NCBI GenBank assembly: GCA_000025185.1
Contig: CP001848.1
Coordinates: forward strand, 4,200,001-4,232,000
Length of the DNA stretch: 32,000 bases
Direction of reading: 5' to 3'
Source: Pirellula staleyi DSM 6068
GTDB taxonomy: Bacteria > Planctomycetota > Planctomycetia > Pirellulales > Pirellulaceae
Under the pieces are notes generated by a model. It worked only from the letters and a program-made list of their open reading frames with translations, had not been told where the DNA came from and did not search any database. A program made the position numbers and the translations under genes. Positions within the stretch are counted from its first letter, which is position 1. Every line of letters starts with the position of its first letter. This document shows, piece after piece, positions 31,701 through 32,000 of the stretch.

Positions 31701-32000
31701 AGCAAGAACGACTACGAATACTTGCTCTTCGAGGACATGAAAGCGGCCGGTTTCGAGCCGGTTGATGTTCGGAGTGGATATCAAGGTGGCATGGGAGCGT
31801 ACATGGAGCTTCGCGATAACCGCGTGGCCTTCTTTGTGCGAGCTTTGGCCCGAGGTAAGCACTCGATCTCCTACCGCTTACGAGCCGAGATTCCTGGTAA
31901 GTTCAGCGCTCTGCCTACCAAGGCTTCGGCGATGTACGCACCCGAGCTGAAGGCCAATAGCGATGAGATCAAACTCAACATTGTCGACCAGCCAGCCAAA
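25752..32000 (+). CDS. alpha-2-macroglobulin family protein (bacterial A2M, COG2373-type), 3'-partial at window edge
   Basis: The frame starting at ATG 25752 has no stop through 32000, which is 2083 codons. It is missing from the ORF track because it never terminates inside the window. The signal peptide is MKHLHRALWVAVAALLVAVFTTGGKTAVA. Repeated MG-domain-like beta segments are present, along with the conserved VRTKFADTAVW motif, the thioester box FPYGCTEQTLNRFLP, and a DGGWGWF alpha/alpha-toroid (TED) motif. Confidence 0.9.
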   Translation, partial: MKHLHRALWVAVAALLVAVFTTGGKTAVADPVAEGAKAQKLMQQGNFKEAYDIYRTLCLDGEIDGPKVSEFLPMAVQCLYNLGRVKEVDDLIESTAKAHADEWRVLDTAARMYLEAPHQGFMIAGKYERGYHRGGGEVASSMERDRVRALQLSVQAMPLAQKDDNKKAVSDFFLRLSEQLLANRGIHEAWRLAALSNIAELPDYEEGYPYYRNYNGAPVDAEGKPIYHSLPKSWEDAKTDGERWRWAQMQAIENHPESRSQVLMSQANFFEQLYGVSSMQIGSWGFDLPRDDGDDTKKNESGTYALHTLKDEETIAKLATGIKRFTLPDEFNPIKILKIVAEEKSSYGEQSLQQLANTYSNRRQYPTSAKYWQESIDRFGAGANNWKIDQKQQIVGNWGQFDGTSTQPAGKGAEIGFRFRNGKLVKFDARAINVALLLDDVKAYFKSDPGNRIDWNKVNIADFGYRLVHENETKYLAEATASWELELQPRENHFDKRITVTTPLQKAGAYLVTATMADGNVSKIVLWVADTAIIQKQLNGKSLYFVGDAVNGAPLPGTNVEFFGWQQRHLGGNRFQVVTSNFAEVTSDDGIVTPDPKDLKNEFSWLITARGKDGDRLAYLGFQGVWQAQYHDAEYNQIKVFTITDRPVYRPNQKVHFKFWVARAQYDQKDASEFAKASFPVEIYNPKGERIYAETLTADDYGGLEGELNLPIDATLGSYNITLNAQKDGVHVASGGNSFRVEEYKKPEFEVKIEAPTEPVMLGEKITATIESKYYFGSPVSKGTVKYKIFRKSYSDAWYPVAPWDWCYGNGYWWFAYDYPWYRGFDKWSGCLRPLPPWGFGGAQQPPELVAEVEQDLTADGKLSVEIDTMLAKELHANFDHEYSITAEVRDESRRTIVGTGKVLVARKPFKVFTWLDRGYYRVGDTIDANFQAQTLDKKPVQGKGVITLLKITYDKDGEVVETPVRRWEDVSTGEEGNATQQIKASAAGQYRLSYVLTDSKEHSIEGGFIFTIVGDGFDGSDFRFNNIELIPNKREFAPGEKVALQLNTDRVGSTVLLFIRPSNGVYLPPKVIRLKGKSLVEEIEVVQKDMPNFFVEAMTIADGDVYTETKEVIVPPEKRILNVEVTPTKQAYKPGEKATLKVRLVDEKGENYKGAAVITMYDKSVEYISGGSNVPDIREFFWKWRRHHQPQSSHSLARLTHNMTLPNKPGMSFLGIYGASVADELSEQLSRRDVAKGFGRGGGGLNSLRKSEGRGMPMAAMALADGAMEMAAGAPPAPGGMPMAKNQASDKQSDAMAIESELSGEPGAPGAPLVEPSVRTKFADTAVWNGAIVTGDNGEAEVTLDMPENLTGWKIKVWGMGHGTKVGAGETEVVTRKDLIVRLQAPRFFVQKDEVVLTANVHNYLPVEKEVTVSLELPGEILKSQTETTVRVRIPAGGEQRVDWRCNVLAEGEAVVRMKALTDVESDAVEQKFPSFIHGMLKTESWAGTVPAGTESSKLKFNVPAERRVENSVLEIRYSPSLAMAMVDALPYLADFPYGCTEQTLNRFLPAVITQKTLLDMQLNLAEIRDKRTNLNAQEIGDDRDRAKQWKRFDRNPVFDEAELNRMVKEGVKTLTEQQISDGGWGWFSGAGERSYPHTTAVVVHGLQIARSCDVPLVPGMLERGIDWLKRYQAEELQKIKNFEAKTKNVPWKSHPDALDAFVYMILVDEASDNAEMRDLLYRDRVQLPVYAKAMLGIALDKLDRDDEVKMIVQNIDQFLVEDAENETAYLQLPQDNYWWCWYGSEVEANAYYLKLLTKVDPKGVRARRLVKYLLNNRKHATYWSSTRDTAICVESFADFVKASGEQKPSMTVELWLDGKKQKEVEINAENLFTYDNKFVLTGKEVTDGSHEVEIRRKGEGNVYFNTYLTNFTLEDQITKAGLEVKVERNYFKLTPVDKKVQVEGVRGQVIDQKVEKYERSPLANLDSLTSGDLVEVELVIESKNDYEYLLFEDMKAAGFEPVDVRSGYQGGMGAYMELRDNRVAFFVRALARGKHSISYRLRAEIPGKFSALPTKASAMYAPELKANSDEIKLNIVDQPAK
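30372..30383 (+). other. thioester motif Cys-Thr-Glu-Gln (C-x-E-Q) of the A2M thioester domain
   Basis: TGC ACC GAG CAG is in frame with ATG 25752, at codons 1541-1544, within FPYGCTEQT. Canonical A2M/complement thioester boxes are CGEQ or CLEQ. Confidence 0.7.

Noticed and set aside
1-32000. A scan for CRISPR arrays, rRNA genes, transposase or integrase genes, terminal inverted repeats and integration-site duplications.
   Set aside because: I saw no regularly spaced direct repeats, no rRNA-like conserved blocks, no recombinase-like translation and no abrupt compositional island. The only AT-richer stretches are ordinary intergenic control regions at about 20224..20433 and 25160..25751.

Overview
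This looks like a chromosomal, moderately GC-rich segment. The gene content suggests Planctomycetota, possibly Pirellulales-like. That placement is an inference I cannot verify without database searches. It rests on frequent TTG/GTG starts, a membrane Ser/Thr kinase, an ECF sigma factor, very long Pro-rich low-complexity envelope proteins, and a giant alpha-2-macroglobulin.

I call 20 coding regions, counting one 42-codon mini-ORF, plus several intrinsic terminators and candidate promoters. I saw no rRNA or tRNA genes, no CRISPR array, no transposase or integrase, and no obvious mobile-element boundaries.

**Layout**
- **Positions 1-14.2 kb:** mostly housekeeping genes. These are a PfpI/DJ-1 protein, a YceH/DUF480 protein, aat, an HtrA-family protease, an LpxL-type acyltransferase, a Rieske protein, a GNAT-like protein, a Cache-type Ser/Thr kinase, valS and cimA.
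- **Positions 14.2-25.2 kb:** the less ordinary part, described in the leads below.
- **Positions 25.75-32 kb:** a single open frame with no stop in the window. The supplied ORF track omits it and lists only antisense shadow ORFs there. It encodes an alpha-2-macroglobulin-family protein of more than 2083 aa.

**Leads worth follow-up**
1. A 42-codon mini-ORF with an Ile/Val/Leu run is followed by a strong intrinsic terminator, immediately upstream of citramalate synthase. This is a candidate ribosome-mediated attenuator for isoleucine biosynthesis.
2. Two tandem homologues of eukaryotic TMEM43/LUMA are separated by their own terminator.
3. An ECF sigma/anti-sigma pair is followed by two secreted, disordered His/Met/Pro/Gly-rich proteins. 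These two proteins and the neighbouring J-like membrane protein all end in an acidic-Leu-x-Phe C-terminal tail.
4. The alpha-2-macroglobulin retains a C-T-E-Q thioester motif and has a low-complexity bait-like segment.

I did not find a clearly defined new multi-gene system, such as a defence island. All homology statements come from reading the translations and recalling family motifs. No search was run.
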